64,000 nt of DNA, from NCBI GenBank assembly GCA_964035545.1, contig OZ037770.1:9492973-9556972 (forward strand), read 5' to 3'. Positions within the stretch are counted from its first letter, which is position 1. The number at the start of each line of letters is the position of its first letter. This DNA comes from Bugula neritina. Its lineage: Eukaryota; Animalia; Bryozoa. The translations under genes and the position numbers were made by a program. Under the pieces are notes generated by a model that saw only the letters and a list, made by a program, of their open reading frames with translations, was not told the origin of the DNA and did no database searches. Shown one piece after another: positions 37,245-50,100 of this stretch.

Positions 37245-40200
37245 ATGACCTATAAAACAGTTGTAGTGAGTTTATTCTTTCTGAGCTTTATCACCAAAGT
37301 TCTACATGGCAGTTTGCGAGGTAAATTTAACTGTTGAGCTTACATTATTGAGTCATATGATTGCAAAAATAAACCGTTTTTATTTATTTTTGAATATTCC
37401 TATTTTCAATGACAAGCATTATTTAGTAAACTGTACAGTATTTCCAGACATTGTTGAAAATGAAATATATATATACTGTAAATGTGTGCGTGTAGCGGTC
37501 CCAGTTTTAACTTATGTAAGCCATTTCCTTTTTCCTGTTTCCTATTTCTTTATATTGTATAGATATTTATCAAAGAGTTTGCAGTGGACAGCACGAGAAA
37601 GATACAAGACAATATCCTGGCAGTGCCCTACCAGAAGTACACTATCTGAGAAATGTTTACCAAGGCTGCTATTTTGTCCTTGGAGATCTGTACCTTGGCA
37701 AAAAAATATTTTCAATTGGTAGTTTCCCAAATGTTGTATATCAAATGACTAACATTGTCAGAGTTCAAGGCCAAGTAACAATCAGAGCTACCTCAGGCAC
37801 CGGTATGATTTTAATCACTTTTCTCATTTCTTCAATTTCATTTTAGCAATTTACTAATTTTTTTGCAGTTTTTCCCAGTGATGTTTTAAATCCTGCATCA
37901 TGGCTACTTTCTTAAAAAATAAAATCTACTCTGTTGTAATTCAAATAGTAATATGAGCTACCTTTGCAAATTGGGACTTAGTAAAAGACCAGTTTAATAT
38001 GAAAAAACTGGCTAAAATAATTGAATTATTCCAAAATTAAAGCTGTAGGCAATGGGAATATATTATAGAGAAATATAAAAAATAAGAAATTTATAAGAAT
38101 TTCTGCTTCAGTCTAATAGTGTTATTTTATAAATTGAATTTTTTACAAAACATGGCTAATGACAAGCAAATTTATTGTCATTATAGCCTAGTCTCATTTG
38201 TGTAAAAAAAAGTGTAGCACATAGCTTATGGTTAGGATGCCAGCCTTTTTGGCACTTTTGCGGCAAGTCAAAAACGTCTATAAATTTTGCTACTTCTACC
38301 CACTATTTTATGATTTCTTGTAAATGAAAGTATAGACCAACATGGCATACAAAATAAAGCTTTTCTGTTGTTTGAACCAAAGCATCTCCACAAACAAACT
38401 AGTGTAATTTGGAAGTCATTACCTGCAAAGCATTACATGATATGCAAATCAGTGAGTTTGAGATTAATGGTAGGAAAAAAGGCTTGCAACTGCAGCTTGT
38501 TTAAGACCTACTTTGCATAGATAAAATTAAAAAAAATTGCCAGAAAGACATCTTAGCTTTTTTCCAATAGCTTAACTAAAAGGCTGTACTAGCAGACTTG
38601 CCATGTCATATAGTAAAAAAAACCAGTCACCTGATACTTAAACTCAGCTGACTAATTTGGGATAACAGCAGAAAAAAACCATTGGCAAGCAGTCATGGTT
38701 ACGTCATAAGAGTATATAGTAATACTTTGCATCTATGAAGTTAGTTGTTCACTTATATTATCCAACAAGGAGTTGAAAAGAGGGCTTATAACCAGCTAAT
38801 ACATTGCTAAGAGAAGTTTATAGTCTGTAATGGTAAATAGATGTTATACACTGAAATGTAATTTTTAAGTCCCATAAACTAATATTCTTAGCCAAACTTT
38901 AGTTTGAATGCAATACTATAGGCTCACCTAAATCTGTCACAATTAAAGGCCTTTAAAACTTGCAACATAATTTTTGCTTTAATTTATACATGTTTAAATT
39001 ATCAAGAGCTTCTTAAAAATAGTTAGACTTTGCACAATAAAAAAACTTTGTCTTCAATTTTTATTCGTTGCAGTAAAGGTCTGACAGCTTAGTTTTATAT
39101 TTTCATATTTCTAGGATATGAAAATAAACATACATTCCTAAATAATCTAAAATCAATTGGAGGAGAAGGTTTATATGTTCCCAAAAAGTCTAGTAATGGT
39201 TTAACACTTCGAGATGTTGGAAGAACATTTTTCGACTTGCAGTCTTTGGAAAGTAAGTTATGATAAAGCGGGATTAAATAAACAAAGTCATCATAAAATA
39301 TTTAACAAAAACACTCGTTATAATTATAAGATGTATACTGTTCTTGGTTCAAAGTTTTGATTTTGTTTCTAATTGTTGAAATACACATACTGCAGGCACA
39401 CTGGTTACTTGCACATGTACAGTATAGCACTTTTTTATTGTGAAAAATATTATACCTAAAAGTAAACAAAAAATATGCGATGTGGTTTATTTTTCAGTGT
39501 TTTACTTGTATCAAAACTAATTAAAACGCTGTCACCAAAAATGTTAAATAACTAAGGAAATCAGCTAGTTATAGTAGGTTATCTAATCTTTTATTGTTAA
39601 TTATATTATTATAAATTGACACATTGAAATATTTTGATTAGTTACATAAAAATCTTGAGCTGTCATCATATGTAATTTTAATTTATTTATGTTTCAAATG
39701 TAGTTAAAATTTGTTCAGGCAAAAGTTTTTCAGATACACTATGAAAAAAAAATAATAAAATTTATAGACAGATGAATGTCACATTAAATTAAATCAACTC
39801 ATTTTTATGTAAAGACTATACATTAATTATTACTCTATGCTAACTTTTCGACAGATATAATATGCATTTTGATTTAAAATGTTATTGCTGATGACCACCA
39901 CTGCATTTGATAATAGTCAAATAGTTTTGAAAAACACCTGAAATTTTGAACATAACATATATAAGAAACAAAATTTCAAACAAGATTTATTCAGATGTAT
40001 ATTATTAAATATTTAGAATAAATAATTAATTTATAACTTATTTTAGAGAGATTTTGGATGGCAATAAGCAGTTTAGACTAAGTCATGTCACCAAAGTCAT
40101 TGCTTCATTTTGAGTATTTTTCACCTTTGCTCAAAATGTGCTCAGTCATCATTATCTGCAGTGTGCATTACAGTTCTTTGGTAATTTTACTTATTGACTT

Positions 40201-40566
40201 TGTCCTTTTAAAACCAATATGTACAAACTTATACAACTATAAATTTTTCTTTTAGATTAATTGGTTCTAAACAAGTTCCATACCATTTTAAAACCAAGAA
40301 AAAGTACTTTAAATTATGAAACTATCTCTGTAACCAGTTTACATTCTGTTTCTCATGCCTCATGCATATGATATTATATAGCTGTAGAAAAAGGAAATAT
40401 ATATATAAACTCTGCCAGCTGCATAGCAAACACACTTGACTTGAACCAACTATTAGCAAACTCTTCAACGCAATCTGCAAATGCCCAAAGTCCTCAGTCA
40501 TGCAGCAGTAAGTGCTAACACAACTAACAGTTATTAGTAAATATTTTAGTGAATAAAGCTATATAG

Positions 40567-40645
<79 letters not shown>

Positions 40646-41059
40646 TATATTATATATATATATATATATACCTCAATCTGTGGACAGCCGCTGTTTTGTG
40701 GTTTGTCCCCTCATCAGCACAGAACAGAGTACCATGGCCCACACCTTCGAAATAGTAGAAACTTATGTTTCTACTAAAGCATATTTAAAAGGTGTGTAAA
40801 CTCAAGCCAGAGAGCTCAAGTGACTCTAGGGGTCACCTGTAGGAGTCACGAGCCTTGCAAAATGCTAGCAGCTTGAGTTTGTGACCATAGTGAGAGAGCT
40901 CAATCACTGAATGTCATTGCTGAGCATTAAGTGAGAGCATAATACCTCAATCTGTGAACAGCAGCTGTTTCAGGGTTTGTCCCCTCATCAGCACAAAACA
41001 GAGTACACACACACACACACGCGCACGCGCACGCACACGCACACGCACACACACACATA

Positions 41060-41109
<50 letters not shown>

Positions 41110-44100
41110 TTGTTCAAACAATAACATATTACATTAAAATACTCCAAAAGTTGATTGAGTTTCAAATATTTACAATTAAAAAAATACTGACTAAATTTGG
41201 TTAAATATATGCAATAGGTAACTTTACAGTAAGCAGACCAACAGTGTTATAGCCAGTAAGTAGTAATACATTAAATTAAAATTGTTTGTTCCTCAGTAAT
41301 GCAATACAGGCTTCTGTATAGGGGTGGTGTCCGATTTTTAGATAACTGCGTAGCAGCATGTAATGGCAATTGTTGGGGACCACAACTAGATATTTATTGC
41401 CAGAAACTACCAGTACAATGCCATGCTAGCTGTAGTAATGGTTGTTATGGGTCTGGATCTGCAGAATGCTGTTCTTCTTATTGTAATGGTGGATGTAAAG
41501 GACCTAATGGTGCTAGTTGCTACAAGGTCAGTGGCTGAAACTAATAAATGACAGTAAAAAGTACATAATTTAATGCAACATAGTAATTGCTTTTTATAGA
41601 AAAAGTATTGTATGTGTTATACATGGTCTATTAAAAGGAGCTTGCTATAAATATATTATATTATATCTTATTACATTATATGTTATAAATTTATATTATA
41701 TCATATTGCAATAATTATATTATGACAAATTATATTATATAATATTGTATATTATATAATGTTATAATATATCATAATAAATAATATAACTTAGTATACA
41801 ATATAACATATATTATAAGAATAATGTAATGCAGTATAATACAATGTATAGTTATATAATATTATACTATAAAATATTTTACTGTACAACATTATATTAT
41901 ACTATATTATATTATAATGTACTATATTATATTGTATATAGCAATATTTTGCATTATATTATACTATAATAAAATTATAATATAATGTATTATATACTAT
42001 ATTGTATAACTTTTTTTTATTATATATTATACTATATTACAATGTAATAAATTGTTACAAGAAAAGCATTTTAAATAATGATCAAAGACAAGGATATTTC
42101 AATTGTGTAAACATCACCTCATGAGCTGCAGTTAATATAGAAATCAGCTAGCTATTTTAGTGATGTATAGATCATCACTGTAGCTGTAGTATCACAATAT
42201 GATAATAATATATTCAATCAAGACTATATTTAGTTCATGCGTGTTGTATTCCAATAGAGATGTATATTTATAAAGTCTGAATGAAAAGTGAATGCATAAC
42301 AGAAAGTGCTAGGTTTATAATAGTTTAAAATATTAACTTTTTACCGTAGCCAGAATGGCCGGGTATAAGTAATTAACACAATAGAGAAAAGCATAATGTA
42401 GGCAACATGGCTACAAAAATACTATTATAATAAAGCTGTAGTGATTCAACATATTATGCTTTCCATGGTCTTATACAATGTTCTAACAGCTAAGTCACTA
42501 GTGTGCATGGTAAATCAGTATAAAATTAAGATGTGTTATCTATAAACAATATATTGTGTGGATGTAAAATTGATAGGATATTTAATCAATTTTGGTTAGC
42601 CTAAAAAAACTCATGCAAGTTTATAGTCACTATCACTGTGAAAAACTCTTGATGTAAATGTTTTTTGTTAAACTGAGCTAAAAACTCACTTAAATGAGGC
42701 ACAAGAGCAATTATGACAGGATGTTCTTTTTAATATTATCAATGGCCTTTGTTTTTTTACTGCGAAAATCCTAGACCACGGCTTATACACCTATTGTGCT
42801 TAAGTCTACAGAAGAGTGTTTTTGCTCTTTGAAAAATGAATTGCAATAAAAACTGTTGCTTACTTTTGTATCATTGTTTCTAGTATGAAGGGTGCCCTGC
42901 ATACTCTGATGTTAATGGTAGATGTGTTTCCGACTGCAGCTCATCTCAAACTTCTACCAAATATATTCTTTACAAGAAGTTCTGTGTCTCACAATGTCCA
43001 GGTATGCTCCATAGTTTATGTGATTCTATCTAAACTACTATAATAGGTACATTCATAGTTTTACATCAATATATTATGTAATTGCCTCGTGCAACATAAT
43101 ATTATATTATATTATGTTAAATTATATTATATATTATCATTTTGTGATATTATAGTATAATAATTTAGGATGTGTAGTAGCATATTATATTGTGCAATGT
43201 TATATCATAATAAATAATATTATATACTAGTATTGTAGTATATTTAACATTATTTTATTTTAAACTATATTATATTCTAATAAATTATATTATAATATAA
43301 TATTAGATATAATATTGTGAAATAATTGCCACCACTGGGAATCAAGCCCGAGTCCTCTGGCTTGCAAGCAAGTGTGCTACCATTACACCACGGAGCCTAC
43401 TGGGAAACACAACACTACAAATATGATATTATTTTATATTAAATTATAATATATAATACTATATATAATACAATCTTTTTTTATAGCATAATGTATTATA
43501 TCATATTATAATACTATTCTACATTATAATGTATTATCTTATATTATAATATATTAAATTACAATATGTGATTGTTTGAAATAATCGCAGCTGTTCTGTT
43601 CCATGACTGAATTCTTGTTGTAGCCTCAAGTAGAGGACTAAACTACCCTGGTACTACTATTGGAAATAGCTCTTTCTCAGAGAGTAGCTTTCATTCTGAA
43701 AGATGGTGGACAGTTACGTATCCAAGAACTTTTCTTTTTCACTCAGCTATTCTAGTGACTCGGTTTTCCAATAATCAGTCATGCCTAAGTCAAGCATGTC
43801 TAGGTATACCTACCCAGGCGGTCTATAAACTCTCATCACTTCCTATGACTAATTAGCATTATCACATTGCTTCTAAATCATGATTGGGTAAATTTGAAAA
43901 AACTGACAAATTAGAAATTAATTAAATGTTTTCAAATTTTTTTAGCTAATGCTGGGATGAGAGACATGTATTTCTTGACTGACGGTACAAAATGGATCAG
44001 CCCCTCTGCCTCCATTCCAAATACAAATTCTCTCTATTGGCAGTTGTGCAACTACAAAGCCAGAATGATAAATGAAAAATACTTTTTAAGATGTATTTTT

Positions 44101-47100
44101 GGTGAGAAAGAGAGATTAGTGTACAGGTTTGGAATGAGAGGGATCAGAATGAATAGACTACTTGTCTTTCAACAGATTCATATGAATGGAAACAGTAAGT
44201 GGCGGTTTATAAGCTTCAGTTGCTGCGGATAATAAAAAGCTTGGCACACAACTTTTGACATATTGATAAAAATGTCTTGATTTTTATTTGAGTGCTTAAA
44301 AGATAAAACGTTACAAATATAGCAGCTTATTTTGTGTAGTTTTGTAATGCAACTCCTACTATGAAATGCTTTGTTTTTTTAGCCAGATCAAAAGTACAAA
44401 TATCTTCATCTACAGTAAGTCTATTTCCACACCTATTAGATTCAGTCATCATTCCTCAACCACCTATTTCGTATGCTATGCAAAACAGATCACGTTGGTA
44501 TGGAGTTCACGTGGGAAGAGTGATAGAGTTCTCTCATGCAGTGGTATATACCAGACATGGTACAGACTGTCCTGGTGTCACAAACTGCTGTGAGTATCAT
44601 GTCTGTGCTGGTTTACAAGTTACTAAACTTACTTTACTTGTATTTTATGTGAAAACAGTTAAAAAATTGTTATTTGTTAGCCTAAAGTATTTATTGGAAA
44701 GCATTATAAAATATTAAGATTTATTTTATTGCTACAAACAGCTTTAGTCAAATCTCTAAGAGATGTGAGAAGAAAGTGGTGGATTGATTAAATCAGTATA
44801 ATCACACAGTAGGGCATAATTAAATATAATTTATTTCTAGATATTGAGGCAACTACTAAAGTTACAGAAAAAAGCAGCAGTTACAACTAAAAACAAATAG
44901 TATTGTAAATTTTTGTACATATAATGCACGACATCTTCAAATATATTTGCTAGTAATGCAAATGTATTGGCAAATTGTTGATTGCTACCTCAACAGTAAG
45001 CGATATTTGGTGTTACAGTGTAACATCAGTGTATCTGTTGCCTGCAAAAAACCCACAAAATAACTGTTCAATTTTTTCTTGTATAAAACTTTTTCCCTCA
45101 CCAGGATTCCAACTCAGAACCTTATTATAGGCCTGCTAGCAGGTGTGATACTGTTACATTACAAGGGTCATTGAATGAACTTTACATTACGTTTTGATTT
45201 CAGATGAATACTTCAATGGCACATTAGTGAGTATAGGACCATACTATATACCAAGCCATATTCCTAGCAGGCTACCAGTTAATACCTATAGCCCTCAATG
45301 GCAACAGTGTACTTACTTGAGTAAACCCACGTCAAGTCGATACCTAATTGCGGGATGTGACCGTTTGGCACCATATGTTCGCTACCCACACCTACGTCTG
45401 TTAATGTTTGTTAAAATTCAGAGTTCCCAAACTTTTCATCTCACAGAAGTTGAAATATACCAGTTTCAGAGACCTCAATGTGAGTAAACATAGCAACTAC
45501 CAATGGTTTTGTTAAATTATCCTTATCATTTTTGTGAGTTGTCTTCCCTCTTTCACTTCTTTTGTTTGTTCTATACTATACTTTATGTGAGCCAGTTTTT
45601 GGCTGAAGTTTAGTGGTTTTAGAGTTCAGGAGGCACGATTTGCCCAAATATCGGACAATTTCGACAACGGAACTCCGACATTCATCCAAATTTCAGCCGA
45701 ATATCGAACCAACTTTCTGAAAAAATTTTTTGTTAGTATATAAGAGTCAGTCGATTACCAGCGCTTGCCCAAGACACACCAAGAGAAAAATAAAGAGACT
45801 ATTATTTCAAGTTTACAAAACACTTTTATTTGATCAACACTAATAAGCATGCAGATTGCTACATCTAAGTCCTAAATTTACCTAAAAATATTAGTGTACA
45901 GCAGCTCCAAACAAAAAATAGTAACCTATTGCTGAGACTAAAAAATAAAAATGGTATTGCTATTGGTGTTTTACTTCAGTTCCTTATTACAAGCTGGGTA
46001 ATGAGTGTGTAGAGAGCTGTCCAGATGGATTTCTACCAGATGAACAACTCAATTGTATACAATGTAATGGTGTGTGTGAGAAGTCATGTGACTTTGGTTC
46101 TACAGTATACAATGAACACAACTTTATGTCTCTTCCAAATGATTGCACATATATTTCTGGACATGTGATTCTCGACTTCAACAATTTCAATAGTATGTCT
46201 GAGTAAATTGTTATAATATTATACTTACTTGCATATGCATAACAGGATTGTATTATTATTATATTAGTATTATGATAATCTCACATTAGCAGCAACCACT
46301 TTGTTCAAAATTTTAATGACCCGCTTCAACTCTATTTAATTATTTCTCAATTATCATTTATCAATTAAAAATGTGTTTTGTGGAGAGAAAATTGCTATTC
46401 TACCAGTATACTGCATGGTATCAATTTCTTTTTGATAACTAACTAGCATTGTGTTAGTCTGCGTAGACTTTGAGTTTCTATGTAATAAACATTACAATAT
46501 ATTTTAGTTTAAACAACATACTTTTGCCAAAACCTAAATGAAATTAAGCTGCAGTATTTGTAATGATCTATTAAAAATGATTATGATGTATAAATTGTCA
46601 TAGCAATAATAATATCTATATACACGTACAGCTGCAATATTCATGAGATAACACCAAAAAATTGTAATAATAACACCAACCTTTATGTACATGTAGCTTG
46701 TACATCAAGTTCTTTGCAGTAACTTATTCTTGGTATTCAGTTTGCACTTTGAATTATTAATTTCTTTAAATGGTATTTTGATAGTCAAAAGAAGTTTATG
46801 AATTTAGCTTTGCTCTGCTTCTTATTTTTTCTTTTTTGCAAGTCCGAATATCTACTAAAATATAAATTTGAAAACAACTATTTATAGTTATAAGTATATG
46901 TAGAACTTTTTTTGCATTAAGGTGAGCTTAAAGTATAATGTCTTTGTGCTTTAAATTATAGCAACACACTGGAGAAATATAAGTCAAAGACTGTCTCATT
47001 CATTAAGCTCAATTAAAGTGATTTCAGGATCTCTGGTTATAAAGAGCAAATTCTCTCGTAACTCTGAATTTCTCACTGATCTCTCAATGCTACGGAACTT

Positions 47101-50100
47101 ACAGTTAATTTTAGGAGTTGGCAATTGGAGATCAAGCATACTTTGCAGTAACCCTTCTGCCCTACATTGTGACAGGTATATATAGCTGATTATTTATTTC
47201 CTAAGAACCAGTGTTCTGTTTCTGTCTACTCCAATAAGTTTTTTAGTGTTTATAAAATGAGTTTTGCTAATGCACAAGAGTGGCTTCTTATTAACTATAT
47301 AACCAATAGAAGCAATTCAATAATTTATTTTTAACGATCATAATAATTATTGTAAATGAAGTTAGTCTTATTTATGCCTCTTGCTTGTATTTTTACTTTT
47401 ATTTACTTAACTTTGTGCAATATGTTTTGTACTATCAAATTGCTTAAAAATGTAATGAAAAAAATTTGTTGCAATAATGAAACTGTTGCAAGTAAGCTTA
47501 GTTAGCCATCATTAAAATTAAAATCTTCACATAATTTGTACTTTTTTCAGTAAAGATATGTTGAACCTGCAGTGTAACTAATTTACTTGCATTTAAATCA
47601 TAAAACCATATTGTTACCTAAACGGATCAAGTTTAAAATTGTACCACAAAGTAGTTTTTAAATTTTGATCAGTTGGCAAAAATATAATTAAAACTAAAAC
47701 TAGTAAAAATGATTGAACTTTCAGGAGGTATGCAATAGTTTTGGATATTCCTACCCTCACTCAACTTATATTGGGTAATCTTCAAAGAATTAAAGGATCT
47801 GGTTCAATAAATACTCCCAACCTGTGTCTACCATCTATGGCAAATTTACTCTTTGCATTAAAAGTTACTTCAACGACTAACAACAACATAGTTAGCAACA
47901 CTTGCTCTTCATCAGGTAAGTTGTATGTTCTTAGTTATAAACTATTCAGATTTGTAAGATCTGGTTGCATGACCGCTCTTTAACAAAGTTTTTTTAAATT
48001 AATAATAGACATATATTTCATTAAGTGCTGTTGCCTATCTAAATACTTTTATTTAACTGCTGCTCCTGCAATATAACTAAGTTCAAGTTTTGAAAGTTTA
48101 TATGTTGAAGCCGACTCTTAAAATTAATTTTATTATCTGCATACTGAATATTTCTACAGCTGGAGTATCTTGTCACAGCGGATGTGCTATTGACTGTATT
48201 GGAACTAGCAATACTCAGTGTTTACCATGTCCACCTGGATCTCCTCCAGACTGTAGAAAATGTAGGAACTATGAGTTGACTAATGGAACTATCATCAGTT
48301 GTGGAACATGTCATGATGAATGTCTCGGGAAGTGCAGTGGACCTGTAAGTTATTATGTCTCTATAATTTGCTTTACAACTCATTTCAATACAGCTGATCT
48401 CAAACTTTTAAAAAAGAAATGATGTGTTCAATGGAGCAGTTAATCATGTGTCAGTTAAACTATCTATTATGTATGAAAATGCATCTTAAAAGCAATTTAC
48501 AACTATAGGTAACAAAGCTGCTCAGCTGATAAAAAAAAATTTTCAACTCAAATTCTCTTGCAAAAGTTTCAATTTAGTAAATTGCTATTTGTAGTGGCTT
48601 TTTAATTAGAATGCTAATAAAATATGATAATTTTTGATTAAATTAAAAAAATAATGAAAACGCTTACATAAGGCAAAAACAACATGGGCAGACTTATTTA
48701 TATTATACTAGTATAGTATTTTTAGTAAGGCTTTATTAAAATGAAAAAAACTACTGTTTCACTTGATTTTTTTAAAACGTAGTCATAATTCAAAAAATTG
48801 AAAAATATTTTATGATTTGTTTTCATTTTTATTTTTTCTTGTTGCTGATGCTAGTCAAAGTGCTATGTACTAACATGCTTCCATATTTTTTGCAGTTTTC
48901 ATCATTTTTAATTTGGCAAGAATTTGTTTATTACCATTTATAAGTAATAAACATAATATTGTTTCCTAGTAAACTTTTGGCAAACACACTTAAAACAACA
49001 GAATGAATTTGTTATAAAACTTTTATTTTTTTTGGTTTTTAGCTTGCAACTGATTGCGAAAAGTGCAAAAACTATCAGCTACAAGATCAATGCGTTAGTC
49101 AATGTTTTTCTAATACTACTCCTTCTCTAACAGCCAAAGTCTGTGTGAGTTGCCCTTCAAGAAAATTTCAAGAAACGTGAGAAGTTATGAAGATTCTTTA
49201 GATTATGTTTGTATTTAGATGGCACTTGGAATTTTTATAACTGCTGCATATAACTTTGCTATATACTTTGCCATAACATCACTGTGGCCAATATATACTG
49301 ATGAATTTTGCCATATTTGTTTCTAAATAAGCTTTTTTTGCTTAAAAAGTGTTATGCAGGTATTGCATCCTATAGTTAATATTTTAGAATTGCCTTTTTT
49401 TATCAAGAATTAAAAACTTTTAAATGCTTCTTTTAATAGGGAAAAAGTGAACATGTACAAGTTACAGCTGTCATACGATGGAAATGGTACGCTGGACTGG
49501 TTTACACAGTTTCTACCTGGTTGCAAAAACTCTTGTCAAACGATAAACAATTATTTGCTGGAGATATACAACTCCACTGGTTCTCTGATAGTTAAGCAAC
49601 ACATTGATTCAAGTAAAAAGTCTAATTTAATAATTTAGTGATGACCATGCATAGCGATCATTATTTGATTGATTAAAAAACCGAAACGTTATAAATCTTG
49701 CATAATAATTTAAAGAATAAAGCTGAATTTAGCATTAACTTTTTTTATTTCTAGCAAAAATTGGTTTTGAACATTTAAATGTTTGTTTACGAAAACTGTG
49801 ATCACTTGTATAAAAGTTATACAATTATCTGCATATTCCAGCACTAGCACCAGTAGGCTGATACTATAAGTGACGTTCAAAAATTTGATATGTCATAGAA
49901 TGATAGATTTAAATAACACATTATAAAACATCATTATATTTTGCTCATATTGTTCAAAACCAAATATCTTACAAACTGGGACTGTACGACATAGAAAATA
50001 TAATGTCATTATTAGCAGCAATATAGACAGTGTAAAGAGATTCCTCATTTAAAGTATTGTTAATAGATGGTGAATTTTCTATCAGACTCTGTTTTTATGT

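Larger units (their letters stand above)
40671..41006 (-). mobile_element. Retrozyme-like / non-autonomous Penelope-type element bounded by two hammerhead ribozyme motifs
   Basis: About 62-bp direct repeats 274 bp apart, each holding a hammerhead core on the minus strand; hairpin-rich interior; embedded in (TA)n; absent from the paralogous intron at 570-620. Confidence 0.8.
36647..41670. repeat. Inverted segmental duplication arm (reverse complement of 1-12987, excluding the insertions 949-8309 and about 9546-10643)
   Basis: Continuous reverse-complement match through exons and introns, e.g. 12841-12987 vs 36647-36791 and 1-400 vs 41280-41670. Confidence 0.93.

Noticed and set aside
37470-37515. 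Alternative first exon MKYI.. ending at cttat|gtaagc
   Set aside because: Stop/frameshift in B, implausibly short intron (38-47 nt) and poor signal peptide; 37245-37320 is conserved in both copies
37306-37722. 138-aa ORF and its mirror 11873-12124
   Set aside because: Off-frame overlap of exons 1-2; the EGFR-like L1 sequence lies in another frame
41297-41341. Upstream in-frame acceptor adding IMQYRLLYRGGVRFL to exon 5
   Set aside because: The TTTTTAG acceptor at 41341 is conserved in both paralogs and gives EGFR-like Cys spacing; the longer form is possible but unsupported
43328-43397. Possible tRNA gene
   Set aside because: Acceptor stem and T-loop imperfect, several diverged dispersed copies: SINE
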